Shown here piece after piece: positions 25,865 to 26,008 of a stretch of 26,008 nt of DNA. Numbering within the stretch: position 1 is the stretch's first letter; the number at the start of each line of letters is the position of its first letter. The notes below the pieces were generated by a model. The model did no database searches and was not told where the DNA came from. It saw only the letters and a program-made list of their open reading frames with translations. Source of the stretch: a virus (Duplodnaviria > Caudoviricetes); IMG/VR virus record IMGVR_UViG_3300037483_000502, positions 1 through 26,008 of that record, one strand, 5' to 3'. A program made the position numbers and the translations under genes.

Positions 25865-26008
25865 CTACAGGATGATGATTGATCGTTTTGCGCCGATATC
25901 GAAATCGATATGCCCGCGCTTTTTGAGCTGGTTTATGTATCGGCTTACGTTGCTCGCCGTTGTATCCAGCTCATCGGCAATCTCTCGATAAGTCGGGGAA
26001 TGCCCTTT
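25865..26008 (-). CDS. LexA N-terminal-like winged-HTH DNA-binding protein, 5'-truncated by the window
   Basis: Translated by hand: ...KGHSPTYREIADELDTTASNVSRYINQLKKRGHIDFDIGAKRSIIIL*, matching the LexA PtvrEia...L.kkGyi....g..R.i pattern. Confidence 0.75.
   Translation of the reverse strand, partial: KGHSPTYREIADELDTTASNVSRYINQLKKRGHIDFDIGAKRSIIIL

Overview
The window is the late (virion) region of a short-tailed, podovirus-type dsDNA phage or prophage, with a gene order resembling T7/BPP-1/HTVC010P-like phages. A tightly coupled + strand block runs from 1 to 24278. It encodes small hypothetical proteins, a class I SAM methyltransferase, a GT-A (GT8-like) glycosyltransferase, the large terminase, a permuted papain-like protein, a GNAT acetyltransferase, the portal, an HExxH protein, a Bbp19-like protein, the scaffold, the major capsid protein, a putative decoration protein and a Maf/DUF115-like transferase. 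It continues with tail tube proteins A and B, three ejection proteins (the largest carries an internal GH108 lysozyme), a repeat-rich tail fibre with a low-GC tip, DUF4376 and DUF1353 proteins, and a lysis cassette (holin-like protein, SAR endolysin, Rz/Rz1). A convergent - strand block of small accessory genes fills 24269-26008 and includes a DUF3850/ASCH protein and a truncated LexA-like HTH. The most notable observations are: (i) a candidate virion glycosylation/modification system interleaved with the head genes; (ii) a highly structured ~130-nt leader RNA ahead of the capsid gene, with a promoter whose -35 box lies in the upstream terminator loop; (iii) a glycosyltransferase with no canonical start codon, +1 to the methyltransferase; (iv) two candidate proteases and possible cleavage leaders; (v) strong oligonucleotide bias (GAT over GAC, abundant CGATCG, no GANTC seen by eye). 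All family assignments come from motifs and synteny recognised by eye; no database searches were run.
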